Shown here in pieces: positions 20,911 through 35,331 of a DNA stretch of 64,000 nucleotides. Under the pieces are notes generated by a model. It worked only from the letters and a program-made list of their open reading frames with translations. It had not been told where the DNA came from and did no database searches. A program made the position numbers and the translations under genes. Every line of letters begins with the position of its first letter. Within the stretch, counting starts at the first letter, position 1. The stretch is from Octopus sinensis. Its lineage: Eukaryota. Location of the stretch: NCBI RefSeq assembly GCF_006345805.1, contig NC_043024.1:2108001-2172000 (forward strand), read 5' to 3'.

Positions 20911-21213
20911 TATATTTCCATCAACTGTAATCATTGTCAATATCTGAGGGGGCTGCCAATTCCTTTGCAATCCAGGTTTAATTAGAATACAGGATTGGTT
21001 TTCTTGCACCCATTCCAGGCAGTAAAGTACAGAAATGCTGCTAATAATCACACACCCAAAGAAAATCTTTTACAATTCTATAATCGATTTATATAAACAG
21101 GGTAATATTTCTTGTGTGTAGCATCTTAGTTTCATCTTAAAGAATATATCATATATATTCATGATGTGTTCGATGTAAAATCTTCATTTATGCTAAATAT
21201 CCTCTCTGATACT

Positions 21214-21236
21214 CTGAAATAAAAAAGAAATAATAT
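21214..21236 (-). promoter_or_regulatory. Predicted splice acceptor of ZNF A (paralogs: CAG at 34279-81, 45838-40, 57410-12)
   Basis: Polypyrimidine tract plus CAG, conserved in all four units. Confidence 0.75.
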
Positions 21237-21554
21237 GAGATATAGAATATACTTGAAAAGTAAAGATTAAATAATGAAAATTTTATTACGTTTTTATACT
21301 GATAAACTGGAGATATAAACCTTTAGCTGGCCAAATAAACGTTAACACGTCAGTCTGACAAACAAACAAGGAGATTATAACGTAGTCGTGGGATGTGCTA
21401 AAAATAATAGCTAAATAGCTCTTAAATCACACAGCAATTTAAAAAATTTTGTTTTGGTTTTTGCACAATCCTATGAATTACAGATTTGCAAGAGTTTTCT
21501 AAAAATTCCCAAAAAGTTTTGAACCAACAAAGAATTTACGATTTACATCTGCTG

Positions 21555-21925
21555 TTTGTTTGTTGAGCGAAGCGGTCTTCGTCCCAGAGCTCGCAAGAGG
21601 GAAGAAGTCAGAAACGTGGTCCTTTGCTATTCGTAAGACCCGAAGAAGAGAAAGCAGGTCAGCCCCCCCCTCGACACCGAGAGCATCGACGGATGGATGA
21701 ATGCGCATCCAGGCTCGGTGGTTGCGTAGGAAGTCGGGGGACAAGAAACAGGAAGAAAGAGAGAGAGAAAGTTGGGGCGAAACAGTACAACAGGGGTCAC
21801 CACCACCCTCTGCTGGAGCATCATGGAGCTTTAGGTTTTTCCGCTCAATAAACACACACAACGCCTGGTCTGGGAATCGAACCCGCGAGTCCGCTGCCCT
21901 AACCACTGGGCCATTGCGCCTCCAC
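21555..21925 (-). mobile_element. SINE-c, tail type 1 (paralogs ~34615-35000, 46175-46540, 57745-58135)
   Basis: Head GGCGCAATGGCCCAGTGGTTAGGGCAGCGG and (CAAA)n tail; flanked by the TSD TTACATCTGCTGT, perfect in unit C. Confidence 0.88.
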
Positions 21926-22029
21926 TTACATGTGCTGTATATGAAATACCAGAAGTTATTGTGTTAAAAAGAGCAAGGACTAATGTTTACTTTGAAACGG
22001 TTGATGATGATATATATATATATATATAT

Positions 22030-22240
22030 TTATTGCCCACAAGGGGATATACAAAGAGGGGACAAACAAGGACAGACATAGGGATTAAGTCAATTACATC
22101 GAACTCAGTGCATAACTGGTACTTAATTTATCGACCCTGAAAGATGAAAGGCAAAGTCGACCTCAGTGGAATTTGAACTCATAACGTAAAGACACATGAA
22201 TTTTGCCCGTCGTGCTAATGTTGCTGCCAGCTCGCCACCT
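22030..22240 (-). mobile_element. SINE-a (paralogs ~35110-35322, 46655-46868, 58243-58455)
   Basis: Reverse-complement SINE-a followed by a (TA)n tract. Confidence 0.88.
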
Positions 22241-22274
22241 TTATATATATATATATATATATTTTATTTTACTT

Positions 22275-22352
22275 TATAGAAGGAGCTTCAACAGTACTAG
22301 AACTGTTTCATTTAGATGAAACAGTTCTAGTCCTGTAGAAGCTCCTTCTATA
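22275..22352. repeat. 78-bp near-perfect palindrome (37-bp arms, 4-nt loop); second copy 37100-37177
   Basis: TATAGAAGGAGCTTC...GTTTCAT-TTAG-ATGAAAC...GAAGCTCCTTCTATA with 2 mismatches. Confidence 0.93.
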
Positions 22353-22425
22353 AAATAAATTACTTTACTCTGCTATGTATTGAGTACCTTATTTACTGTG
22401 GTTAACCCCAACTCAACCCGGGACC

Positions 22426-22475
<50 letters not shown>

Positions 22476-22477
<2 letters not shown>

Positions 22478-23180
22478 TAAAACGGTAAGATAACAAAAGA
22501 AAGAAAGAAAGAGACCTCAATATTATGTAAATAGAGGAAATTTTTATCTATAAAATAATATGTTACATTTACTCAATAGTCAAGATAAAACTCTGAGTTT
22601 CAGATGCCGAAGTGGAAATCCACAACACCATCTCTTCGGTTATCTGGCCATCTGAAAAAACGCTATGAAAAAATACCGTAATATAAAGGGAAATTACTGT
22701 ATTATAATTCTGCGAGCGAAAACCCACGTGCGTACTTATACGTCACTATGGAAACATACACATCTTCACTCGCATTTTTCGCCAAATATATACGCATAAT
22801 ATATACAACCTCATACACACACACACATGCGTACCGTAAAAGTTCATACATACGTCTATATACGCACAAACACAAGAAAAACCATGGTTAAAGGTAACAG
22901 AAAAAAAACATAAGGAAGTATACAAAGCATAAAAACCACGTTCATATACGGACATGCCCCTATGCACTCATACACACACACACGCCCATATATGTACATA
23001 CCCGCACATATTTATATACGCATACATACACACGCATATACAAAAAATGAATATATATATGTCCCCCCCCACCATAAAAATACTAAGTAAAAACGTCTAT
23101 ATATATATATATATATGCACATACACACACACAAAAGTTGACGATTACAAAGGTATTTCACAAGAATCATACATATAGTG
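22476..23180. repeat. Unclassified ~700-bp intronic block following (TA)n (copies ~37282-38055, 49781-50515, 58501-59230)
   Basis: Near-identical in all four units; no recognisable coding motif. Confidence 0.6.
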
Positions 23181-23449
23181 GAAGCCGCTTATTGTGATCA
23201 TTTCCGTACAGCATTGGCCAACACCTAACAGATGACGTTAAACAAATATAAAGTCTGAACAAATTAATTTCGATAACAATAACCGGCTGATAACGTTATC
23301 CGCTATTCCGATTTACCGCCACTCCATTCCTGCCCAGCCTACATCAATACACAACAAACTACGGCATTTCTATAAATCGCAGTATTTGCTATACAACGTC
23401 TTCAATCAGATCGTATTCCTCTCCAATATATATACATATATATATAATA

Positions 23450-23560
23450 ACTTACCCCTGATGCTTAATAAATAAATAAATATTTATTTACTTTCGATTT
23501 CGTCTCCAAAGAATTGAGGAAACGTGACAAGCCGGAAGTAAGGTGCGTCATGTGACTTAG
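23450..23560 (-). promoter_or_regulatory. Predicted promoter, non-coding exon 1 and splice donor of ZNF A
   Basis: ETS motif CCGGAAGT 23532-39; GTCATGTGAC E-box-like motif beside it; minus-strand donor GG|GTAAGT at 23455-23450. Confidence 0.7.
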
Positions 23561-23674
23561 ACTCTTTAATATATGAAACCACAAAGAGTGCTGCCGACAC
23601 AAAAGCGAAACTAAGAAGGAAGGGGGAACGTAATATTGTTGTTGACTATCACCATGGTTACTGTCTAAGCGGAA

Positions 23675-23737
23675 GGCGCATGGCTCGGTGGTTAGCGCAT
23701 CGGGCTATCAATCGCGAGTTAGTGAGTTCGATTCCCT
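23675..23737 (+). mobile_element. SINE-d tRNA-like head cut at the B-box by a MITE (in all four units)
   Basis: A-box TGGCTCGGTGG and B-box GAGTTCGATTCCC, then GGATCTTTT. Confidence 0.75.
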
Positions 23738-24199
23738 GGATCTTTTCGTTTTGACTGGCAGATTTTTAAAATAATTTCTTTGTAACTAAACACTTTTAAA
23801 CTTAAGTACCAGTTACGCACTGGGGTCGATGTAATCAACTTAATCCCTTTGTCTGTCCTTGTCTGTTCCCTCCTATCTTTTCGGTTTGAACAGCAGTTTT
23901 TAACATAATTTCTAGGTAACTAAACACTTTTAAACATCGTGTAATGGTAGAATTTGTTACATAAAACATCTTTTTCTCTTGGCTTTCTTTAGAAAATTCT
24001 GTAGTTTGTAAGCTACAATTATTGCTGTTGATAAACTACGGCAGATATTGTTATCACCTCAATAGACGTCATTGATTGGTTGAAATTGCCGAAATGCAAG
24101 AAATTAAACAACAAATAGCTTACAAGCTACAGAATTTTCTCAAGAAAACCAAGAGAAAAAGATGTTTTATAAATACATTCTACCAGTATACGAATTTTA
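23738..24199. mobile_element. Long-TIR MITE, right end truncated (copies ~38618-39080 and 59790-60255)
   Basis: Left TIR GGATCTTTTCGTTTTGACTGGCAGATTTTTAAAAT; contains a SINE-a fragment. Confidence 0.8.
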
Positions 24200-24382
24200 A
24201 AGAATAAGTCCTGGGGTCGATTTGATCGACTAAAGGCGGTGCTCCAGCATGGCCACAGTCACATGACTGAAACAAGTAAAAGAGTAAAGAGAGATAGCTA
24301 GATAAACAGGTAGATAAATAGGTCGGTAGGTAGGCAGATAGATAAATAGACAGACAGATAAGATAGATAGATAGATAGATAT

Positions 24383-24415
<33 letters not shown>

Positions 24416-24649
24416 CACAAATAGATAGACAGACAGACAGACAGACAGATAGATAGATAGATAGAAGCAGTTCTTCCCTCGAAAAGGACGATTCTTTTCT
24501 TCAGCTTTAAAGCTTCCAACATGAATGTTGGTGGTGGTGGCCATGTTTATAGCAGTAAGGGTTGTCTTTACTTCTTTGTATCATCTAAGGCCAGACTGGA
24601 AGGTTTCTGTGTGCGTTCAAGCGGAACAACTTCCTTTTCAAACAGATAG

Positions 24650-25018
24650 TGGAAGCACTCCGTCGGTTACGACGATGAAGGTTCCGGTTGATCCGAATCA
24701 ACGGAACAGCCTGCTCGTGAAATTAACGTGTAAGTGGCTGAGCACTCCGCAGACACGTGTACCCTTAACGTAGTTCTCGGGGATATTCAGCGTGACACAG
24801 AGTGTGACAAGGCCGGCCCTTTGAAATACAGGTACAACAGAAACAGGAAGTAAGAGTGAGAGAAAGTTGTGGTGAAAGAGTACAGCAGGGATCACCACCA
24901 TCCCCTGCTGGAGCCTCGTGGAGCTTTTAGGTGATTTCGCTCAATAAACACTCACACCGCCCGGTCTGGGAATCGAAACCGCGATCCTATGACCGCGAGT
25001 CCGCTGCCCTAACCACTA
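24650..25018 (-). mobile_element. SINE-c, tail type 2 (copy ~60769-61138)
   Basis: Same head and core as 21555-21925 but a different 3' half ending CGTAACCGACGGAGTGCTTCCA. Confidence 0.85.
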
Positions 25019-26120
25019 AATAAAACACAAAAATACAAAGTAAATAATTTTAAAACTAAGTAAATAACACACAAAAACACATAGTAAGGATCGACTAGTC
25101 ATGACTAGCTAGCGCGGATGCACGAGTACGCGAGTGCGCGCACCGGATTCACTCTTCTCAAGTAGTACCGATAGATAGACAGACAGAGATAGATAGATAA
25201 ATAGAGATAGATAGGTAGACATATATAGATAAATAGACAGACAAATAGATGGATAAACGGATGGATGGATGGATAGATAGATAGGCACAGATATGCTATA
25301 GAAATAAACTTTGACGTACGCACCTTGAAGTTTTCCAGTGTTAAAACTTTCTTTGGAAGTTGCACGTCATCTTCAGCAGGTGCTTCGTGTGTGTGTGTGT
25401 GTGTGTGTAGGCAGAGTACGGCCGAATGGTCAAGAAGATTCCTTAACAACCACGAGGTCCCTCGTTCCGTCCTACTGCGAGACACTTTGGGCAAATAACA
25501 CTTTCTGCAGTGTCCAGTTGACCTGAATGAAATCGGACAGAGGGGAAAGTGCTGAACCCAGGAATTCCAAAGAGGTCAGCTTCGGGTCGCAGAGGTTCTT
25601 GTATGATTCCAGCGGAATCCTCGGCGACTCACGGGAATTCCGGAGCAGGGGATTCAGTTGGTCTTACACCTGAATCCTCATCGGCGAACGACGGGGATCC
25701 ACGATGTATGAAAATGTCTGTATAGGTATAGATGGAAATGGTGAGGATATTAAGAAATGGTTAATAGCAAAATTTGTGAAAGAAAAAAAACTGGAATGGG
25801 CAGTGAAAAGGAAAACGAAACAGTGAAAGAAATTATATAACTTTGTTCAAGTAATTTTTTTTAGTCCTTCCTTTTTTCTGAGTTGTGCGTTAGATATGAA
25901 ATTAGATATGAAATCATTCGTATCTAATTCAAGTCTCCTAATAATTATCAGTTATAAAGTGGAATTGATCAAGGAATAAAGATTTGTATGAAACTATAGC
26001 AGGAAATAAACGGAATTTGCAAGACTGAACGGTTAATGGACGAGGGGAAGTAACTCTTCTTTCAACAAAAGTCTTGAATATTTTTACATAGCTTCGGGTT
26101 TAAATGACAATTAATTAATT

Positions 26121-26692
26121 CAGCAAATTGTTAGAAAGGATCACAAAAGTACAGCCCCCAAAATTACTGCAGGGCTTGACGACCGCCTCAAGAACCCAGT
26201 TTCCACAAAAACTTTTTGCTGGGAGCTGCACAAAGCCAGATTTCAAGGGAGGGCTGCAATCAGAAAACCACTACTTTCAAAAACAAACGTTGCAAAGCGT
26301 TTAGAGTGCAGTAAAAACCTACAGAAATGATCCCTAGAGCAGTGGAAGAATGTTATTTTCTAGGACGAGTCATCCATTATGTTATTTCCGACCACCGGCC
26401 GAGTATACGTGTGAAGAGAGCCAAAAGAAGCATTTGACCCAGACTGCCTTCTTCCAACTGTTAAACATGGAGGAGGATCTGTAATGATCTGGGGAGCTAT
26501 ATCTTGGATATCTGCCAGCCCAATGGTTTCCCTTCATGGCAGAATAAATAGTCAAGACTATTTAAGCATTTTATCTGATCAAATTCATCCTATGGTTGTG
26601 GATCTGCTTCTGGAGGGAAACACAAGCTTTCATGATGATAATGCACCAATTCACACAGCTAAAGTTGTCACTGAATGGCACGAGGAACATTC
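26121..26692 (+). pseudogene. Tc1-like transposase relic, copy 2
   Basis: Paralog of 14651-15222. Confidence 0.9.
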
Positions 26693-26980
26693 CAAAGACA
26701 GAGATGAAAAACTCTTCAATGAAATTCCTCATCAGGAATTACAGACTGTTATGAATGATTATGACCCCCAAAAATATACAAACACCTTTTGTAGCACAGA
26801 TGTGAACAAATAATTTATTTGTTCACGCCTGGGCTATATCATCATCCTCATCATGATCATTTAGCTCCGCTTTCCATGCTAGCATGGGTTGGACGGTTCA
26901 ACTGGGGTCTGGGAAGCCAGAATGCTGCACCAGGCCCAGTCCGATCTGGCAGTGTTTCTACAGCTGGATGCCCTTCATAA

Positions 26981-27694
<714 letters not shown>

Positions 27695-28859
27695 TTAAAG
27701 GGTTTACTCCAACAAAACGATTTCATTGCACGTAAAAGACACCCAGTGCACTCGGTAGAGTGGTTGGCATCAGGAAGAGCATCCAGCTGTAGAAACCCTG
27801 CTAGAATAGCTGACTGGAGTCTGGTGCAGCTCTCCAGCCTTGCCAGCCCCTGTCAAAAGTCTAACCAATGCGAAGATGGAAATCCAATAATATTTCTTTA
27901 TTGGTCTCTTTTGTTAAACTGCTAGGTTACAGGTGCTTAAACAAACCAACACAGTTTATCAAACAATAGGCAAACAAGCACACATATGCATGATGGCTTC
28001 CATACAGTTTCTGTCAACCAAATTCACTCACACAATATTGGTTAGCCCAGACTATGATGGAAGACACTTGCCCACGGTGCTGCACATTTTCCAAAAAAGA
28101 TGGACTTCTGGTGACTGTATACTGTTTCAACAAGGATTGTTATCCATTATTCTGTTTTTCACAATCATCATCCTCATCATTTAATGTCTGTTGTCCATGC
28201 TGGCATGGGTTGGACGGTTTGACCAGGGCTGGCAAGCTGTACCAGACTCTAGTCTAGTTTGGCATGGTTTCTATGGCTGGATGCTCTTCCTAACACCAAA
28301 CACTCTGAGAGTATAATGGGCGCTTTTATGTGCACTGGCACAGGTGCCAGTTGTGTGACACTAGTATCTGCCACAACTACAATTTCGCTTGGCTTGATGG
28401 GTCTTCTCAAACACAGCATAATGCCAAAGGTCGTGGTCACTTGCATGGCCTGATGCCAAAGGTCGTGGTCATAAGGAGAATACATTCTACAGACTCTTAT
28501 TGTCAGATGATTGACCATAAAATACTGAAATCAAAACAACCAAGATTTTTATCTATTTTTTTTTTATTTGGATTTTAATGTGAATTACTTATGTAATTAC
28601 GTTTACCTTTTCTGTCTGAGAATAAAAAAATTGCTTTATATTATTATTCTTGTTGTCAATCAACTTACCATTTCTCATCTTCAACAAACAAGAACTTCCA
28701 GCCTTTACTCCTCAGCCTTCCTAATTCATTTTCATCCTCTGCCAGGCATTATATGGAAGTTTTCCTGTTGCTCACAGACAGATACTTTTTTCTTTACGAA
28801 AGGATCAATAAATATACTATTAAGCATTCATCCAATTCCTTGCCTTTTTTTTTCTCCGG

Positions 28860-29255
28860 AAATTGTAGTTAAGACACCCGTGCCAGTGGCACGTAAAAGC
28901 ACCAACTGATCGTGGCCGTTTGGCAGCCCTCCCTGGCCCCTGTGCCGGTGGCACATAAAAAGCACCATTCTAGCGTCGCAGTTACTAGCATCGCCTGACT
29001 GGCGTCCGTGTCGGTGACACGTAAAAGCACCAACCGATCGTGGCCATTTGCCAGCCTGCTCTAGCCCCCGTGCCGGTGGCAAGTAAAAAACGCCCACTAC
29101 ACTCATGGAGTGGTTGGCGTTAGGAAGGGCATCAAGCTGTAGAAACACTGCCAGATCAGACTGGAGCCTGGTGCAGCCACCATGGCTTACCAGATGCCGG
29201 TCGAACCGTCCAACCCATGCTAGCATGGAAAGCAGACGTTAAACGATGATGATGC
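28860..29255 (+). mobile_element. RTE 3' UTR copy with 4 internal repeat units (copy ~63330-63665 with 3)
   Basis: GTG(C/T)CGGTG(G/A)CAC...AAAAGCACC units followed by the RTE terminus and (GAT)n. Confidence 0.88.
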
Positions 29256-30154
29256 TCCAGCATGGCCACAGTCAAATGACTGAAACAAGTAAAAGAGTAA
29301 AGAGTATATATATATATATATATGTATATACACAAAATAAGAAAATGGAGAAACACATCTTAATCAATGATAAACTACCAGATAATTCCCAATCACATAA
29401 TTTATTAAACCACTACATATGAACATTAAGGCCAAACATAATAATATAGAACAAAACAATGCACATCAATGAGTAATATGATACAATAAGTACAGTATGT
29501 ATAAGTGAATATAAATAAATACAAATATAAATTACATCTTACAGCTGTTTCAGCCATGCAGATATGGGTGCCTCATTATGCTCATATCAGCTATGTGTCA
29601 TAGGTTAATATGTGGTTATAAATGAGACACTTACAAAAATATCCCAAGGCTTCTCCAGAGATTATGAAGTACAAACTAAATTAAATATGAATATCAGAGG
29701 AGGTACACCCATATATATATATAACTGCTACTCATGTTGGCGAACTGTTCCTTATCAGTTGTGATATAATTCTTTCAGTAGCTTTCAATGTCTCTGTAGT
29801 TGCCTCTCTCTCTATTGTATCTTCTCTACTCTTATAGCAATTTATGCTGATACTGTTCAAGCAGAAATTGTAATCACCACCTCTTTGCATTCCATGATAG
29901 ACTGTGGATGTTGGTTCTGCCTCACCTGACTTCATTTCATTGTTCCAAAACAACATAGGTGAAGGCAGGGCTGTGCCATTACGAAGCACGCTTTGCAACC
30001 AAGAGGTTTGCAGTTCAATCCCACAGAGCAGCAATCTGGGCAAAGATCTTCTATAGCCCTAGGTTGACCAAAGCCTTGTGAGTGGATTTGATGGATGGAA
30101 ACTGCATGAAAGACTGTTGTGTGTGTGAGTATATATTTATATATACTCTTTACT

Positions 30155-30685
30155 GTTTTACTTGTTTCAGTCATTTGACTGTGGCCATGCTGGAGCACCG
30201 CCTTTAGTCGAGCAAATCGACCCCGGGACTTATTGTTTGGAAGCCCAGTACTTAGTCTATCGGTCACTTTTTGCCGAACCGCCAAGTGACGGGGACATAA
30301 ACACAACAGCATCGGTTGTCAAGTAATGCTAGGGGGACAAACACAGACACACAAACACACACACGCATATATATATATATATACATATATACGACGGGCT
30401 TCTTTCAGTTTCCGTCCAAAGCCTTGTGAGTGGATTTGGTAGACGGAAACTGAACGAAGCTCGTCGTATATATGTATGTATGTGTTTGTGTGTCTGTGTT
30501 TGTCCCCCTAGCATTGCTTGACAACCGATGCCGGTGTGTTTATGTCTCCGTCACTTAGCGTTTCGGCAAAAGAGACCGATAGAATAAGTACCGGGCTTAC
30601 AAAGAATAAGTCCTGGGGTCGATTTGCTCGACTAAAGGTGGTGCTCCAGCATGGCCGCAGTCAAATGACTGAAACAAGTAAAAGA
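30155..30685. repeat. Head-to-head inverted SINE-b pair (~250-bp arms, 25-nt spacer)
   Basis: 30155-30416 is the reverse complement of 30442-30685; spacer CAAAGCCTTGTGAGTGGATTTGGTA. Confidence 0.9.
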
Positions 30686-30717
30686 GAGAGAGAGAGAGTA
30701 ATAGAATTATCACAGTG

Positions 30718-31667
<950 letters not shown>

Positions 31668-33701
31668 CTATGTTTTCTCTCCTGTGTGAATGTATTTGTG
31701 TTTAGTTAGGTTTTGATTCTCAGAGAATGATTTACCACAGATATCACACTGATAAGGTTTCTCTCCTGTGTGAATGTATTTGTGTTTAGTTAAGTGGTGA
31801 TTCTGAGAGAAAGATTTACCACAGATATCACAATGATAAGGTTTCTCTCCTGTGTGAATGTATTTGTGTTTAGTTAAGTTTTGATTTTGAGAGAATGATT
31901 CTCCACAGATATCACAATGATAAGGTTTCTCTCCTGTATGAATGTATTTGTGTTTAGTTAAGTACTGATTATGAGAGAATGATTTACCACAGATATCACA
32001 ATGATATGGTTTCTCTCCTGTATGAATACGTTTGTGTTTAGTTAAGTACTGATTATGAGAGAATGATTTACCACAGATATCACAGTGATAAGGTTTCTCT
32101 CCTGTGTGAATGTATTTATGAGTAGTTAAGTGGTTATTTTGAGAGAATGATTCTCCACAGGTATCACAATGATATGGTTTCTCTCCTGTATGAATACGTT
32201 TGTGAGTGGTTAGCTCACTATTTCCAGGGAATGATTTACCACAGATATCACAATGATATGGTTTCTCTCCCGTATGAATACGTTTGTGTTTACTCAAGTG
32301 GTAACTTTGAGAAAAAGATTTACCGCAAATATTACAGGGATAGGGTTTCTCACCTGTATGAATGCGCTTATGAGTAATTAAATGATGATTTTGAGAGAAT
32401 GATTTACCACAGATATCACAGTGATAAGGTTTCTCTCCTGTGTGAAGGTATTTGTGAGTAGTTAAGTGGTGATTTTGAGAGAATGATTTACCACAGATAT
32501 CACAACGATATGGTTTCTCTCCTGTATGAATACGTTTGTGTTTAATTAACTGACTACTTTCAGAGAATGATTTACCACAGATATCACACTGATATGGTTT
32601 CTCTCCTGTGTGAATGTATTTGTGAGTGGTTAGGTCGCTATTTCTAGAGAATGATTTACCACAGATATCACACTGATAAGGTTTCTCTCCTGTGTGAATG
32701 TATTTGTGAGTGGCTAAGTGGTGATTTCGAGAGAATGATTTACCACAGATATCACAATGATATGGTTTCTCTCCTGTATGAATACGTTTGTGTTCAATTA
32801 ACTGACTACTTTTAGAGAATGATTTACCACAGATATCACAATGAAATGGTTTCTCTCCTGTATGAATACGTTTGTGAGTGGTTAGGTCGCTATTTCTAGA
32901 GTATGATTTACCACAGATATCACACTGATATGGTTTCTCTCCTGTGTGAATGTATTTGTGAGTAGTTAAGTAATGATTTTGAGAGAATGATTTACCACAG
33001 ATATCACAATGATATGGTTTCTCTCCTGTGTGAATGTATTTGTGAGTGGTTAAGTGGTGATTTTGAGAGAATGATTTACCACAGATATCACAATGATATG
33101 GTTTCTCTCCTGTGTGAATGTATTTGTGAGTGGTTAAGTGGTGATTTTGAGAGAATGATTTACCACAGATATCACAATGATATGGTTTCTCTCCTGTATG
33201 AATACGTTTGTGTTCAATTAACTGACTACTTTTAGAGAATGATTTACCACAGATATCACAATGAAATGGTTTCTCTCCTGTATGAATACGTTTGTGAGTG
33301 GTTAGGTTGCTATATCCAGAGAATGATTTACCACAGATATCGCAATGATGTGACTTAACCACAATGTGGATGCATTTGTGAATAGCTAAGCTATGATTCT
33401 GAGAGAATGACTTACCACAGGTGTTACAGCGATACGGCTCGACACCTGCGTGAATGTGTTTATGTGTGGTCAAACGAACCTTTTCAGAGAATGATTTACC
33501 ACAGATGTCACAGCGATAGAGATCCTCTCCTGCATGGAAACATTTGTGAATCGTCTGTTCATCTTTGAGAAAGAAGGACTTGTTGCAGACATCACAGTGA
33601 AATGATGTTTTCTCTTCTTCTTCTGTTTCATCTTCAGTAAAATCAATCCTTAACGACTGTGTATTACAATTAACCTCATTATCACGTAATTCATTTTCCA
33701 T
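31668..33701 (-). CDS. C2H2 zinc-finger protein, paralog B (677 aa, 23 fingers, ended by a frameshift)
   Basis: Open frame through 23 fingers; leader nearly identical to A, C and D. Confidence 0.85.
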   Translation of the reverse strand: MENELRDNEVNCNTQSLRIDFTEDETEEEEKTSFHCDVCNKSFFLKDEQTIHKCFHAGEDLYRCDICGKSFSEKVRLTTHKHIHAGVEPYRCNTCGKSFSQNHSLAIHKCIHIVVKSHHCDICGKSFSGYSNLTTHKRIHTGEKPFHCDICGKSFSKSSQLIEHKRIHTGEKPYHCDICGKSFSQNHHLTTHKYIHTGEKPYHCDICGKSFSQNHHLTTHKYIHTGEKPYHCDICGKSFSQNHYLTTHKYIHTGEKPYQCDICGKSYSRNSDLTTHKRIHTGEKPFHCDICGKSFSKSSQLIEHKRIHTGEKPYHCDICGKSFSRNHHLATHKYIHTGEKPYQCDICGKSFSRNSDLTTHKYIHTGEKPYQCDICGKSFSESSQLIKHKRIHTGEKPYRCDICGKSFSQNHHLTTHKYLHTGEKPYHCDICGKSFSQNHHLITHKRIHTGEKPYPCNICGKSFSQSYHLSKHKRIHTGEKPYHCDICGKSFPGNSELTTHKRIHTGEKPYHCDTCGESFSQNNHLTTHKYIHTGEKPYHCDICGKSFSHNQYLTKHKRIHTGEKPYHCDICGKSFSHNQYLTKHKYIHTGEKPYHCDICGESFSQNQNLTKHKYIHTGEKPYHCDICGKSFSQNHHLTKHKYIHTGEKPYQCDICGKSFSENQNLTKHKYIHTGEKT

Positions 33702-35331
33702 TATTTTTCTCCTCTCACCACAAAGTCCAAATGTCTTTCTTTTTTTTATATTCTATTCCCCAGTTATTTCTGTTGCTTGAAATGCTTAGCGGTCTTTCGT
33801 CTGTCTTTTTGTTCTGAGTTCAAATTCCACCGAGGTCGACTTTGCCTTTCATCCTTTCAGGGTCAATAAATAAAGTACGAGTTTCACACTGGGGTAGATA
33901 TAATCGACTTAATCGCTTTGTCTGTCCTTATTTGTACCCTCTATGTTTAGCCCCCTAGGGGGCAATAAAGAAATATATATTTCCATCAACTTTAATCATT
34001 GTCAATATCTGAGGGGGCTGCCAATTCCTTTGCAATCCAGGTTTAATTGGAATACATGATTGGTTTTCTTGCACCTATTCCAGGCAGTAAAGTACAGAAA
34101 TGCTGCTAATAATCACACTCCCAAAGAAAATCTTTTACAATACTATAATCGATTTATATAAACAGGGTAATATTTCTTCTGTGTAGCATCTTAGTTTCAT
34201 CTCAAAGAATATATCATATATATTCATGATGTGTTCGATGTAAAATCTTCTTTTATGCTAAATATCCTCTCTGATACTCTGAAATAAAAAAGAAATAATA
34301 TGAGATATAGAATATACTTGAAAAGTAAAGATTAAATAATGAAAATTTTATTACGTTTTTATACTGATAAACTGGAGATATAAACCTTTAGCTGGCCAAA
34401 TAAACGTTAACACGTCAGTCTGACAAACAAACAAGGAGATTATAAGGTAGTTATGGGATGTGCTAAAAATAATAGTTAAATAGCTCTTAAATCACGCAGC
34501 AATTTCAAAAATTTTGTTTTGGTTTTTGCACAATCCTATGAATTACAGATTCGCAAGAGTTTTCTAAAAATTCCCAAAAAGTTTTGAACCAACAAAGAAT
34601 TTAGAATTTACATCTGCTGTTTGTTTGTTGAGCGAAGCGGTCTTCGTCCCAGAGCTCGCAAGATGGAAGAAGTCGGAAATGCGGTTCCTTTGCTATTCGT
34701 AAGATCCGCAGAAGAGAAAGCAGGGCAGCCCCCCCGCCCCCGAGAGCATCGACGGATGGATGAATGCGCATCCAGGCTCGGCGGTTGCGTAGGAAGTCGG
34801 GGGACAAGAAACAGGAAGAAAGAGTGAGAGAAAGTTGGGGCGAAACAGTACAACAGGGGTCGCCACAACCCTGTGCTAGAGCATCATGGAGCTTTAGGTG
34901 TTTTCGCTCAATAAACACTCACAACGCCCGGTCTGGGAATCGAAACCGCGATCCTCCGAATGCGAGTCCGCTGCCCTAACCACTGGGCCATTTCGCCTCC
35001 ATTTACATCTGTTTTATATGAAATACCAGAAGTTATTGTGTTAAAAAGAGCAAGGACTAATGTTTACATTGAAACGGTTGATGATGATGATGATGATATA
35101 TATATATATATTTATTGCCCACAAGGGGATATACAAAAAGGGGACAAACAAGGACAGACATAGGGATTAAGTCGATTACATCGAACCCAGTGCATAACTG
35201 GTACTTAATTTATCGACCCTGAAAGAGGAAAGGCAAAGTCGACCTCAGTGGAATTTGAACTCATAACGTAAAGACACATGCATTTCGCCCGTCGTGCTAA
35301 TATTGCTGCCAGCTCGCCACCTTTATATATA

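Noticed and set aside
23675-23737. tRNA gene
   Set aside because: A and B boxes are present but there is no complete cloverleaf or acceptor stem; it continues as SINE sequence elsewhere. The same applies to the other SINE heads.
26730-26760. Minus-strand CTGATGA as a hammerhead core
   Set aside because: No stem II followed by GAAA downstream.
29535-29580. Fourth hammerhead (GAAAC-AGCT-GTA on the minus strand; copy at ~63945-63995)
   Set aside because: The core reads ATAATGA instead of CTGATGA and stem II is irregular. Probably a dead Penelope relic, so not called as a ribozyme.
32147-33235. Plus-strand MIYHRYH... ORFs (also 18557, 44701, 55964)
   Set aside because: Antisense shadows of the periodic finger codons.
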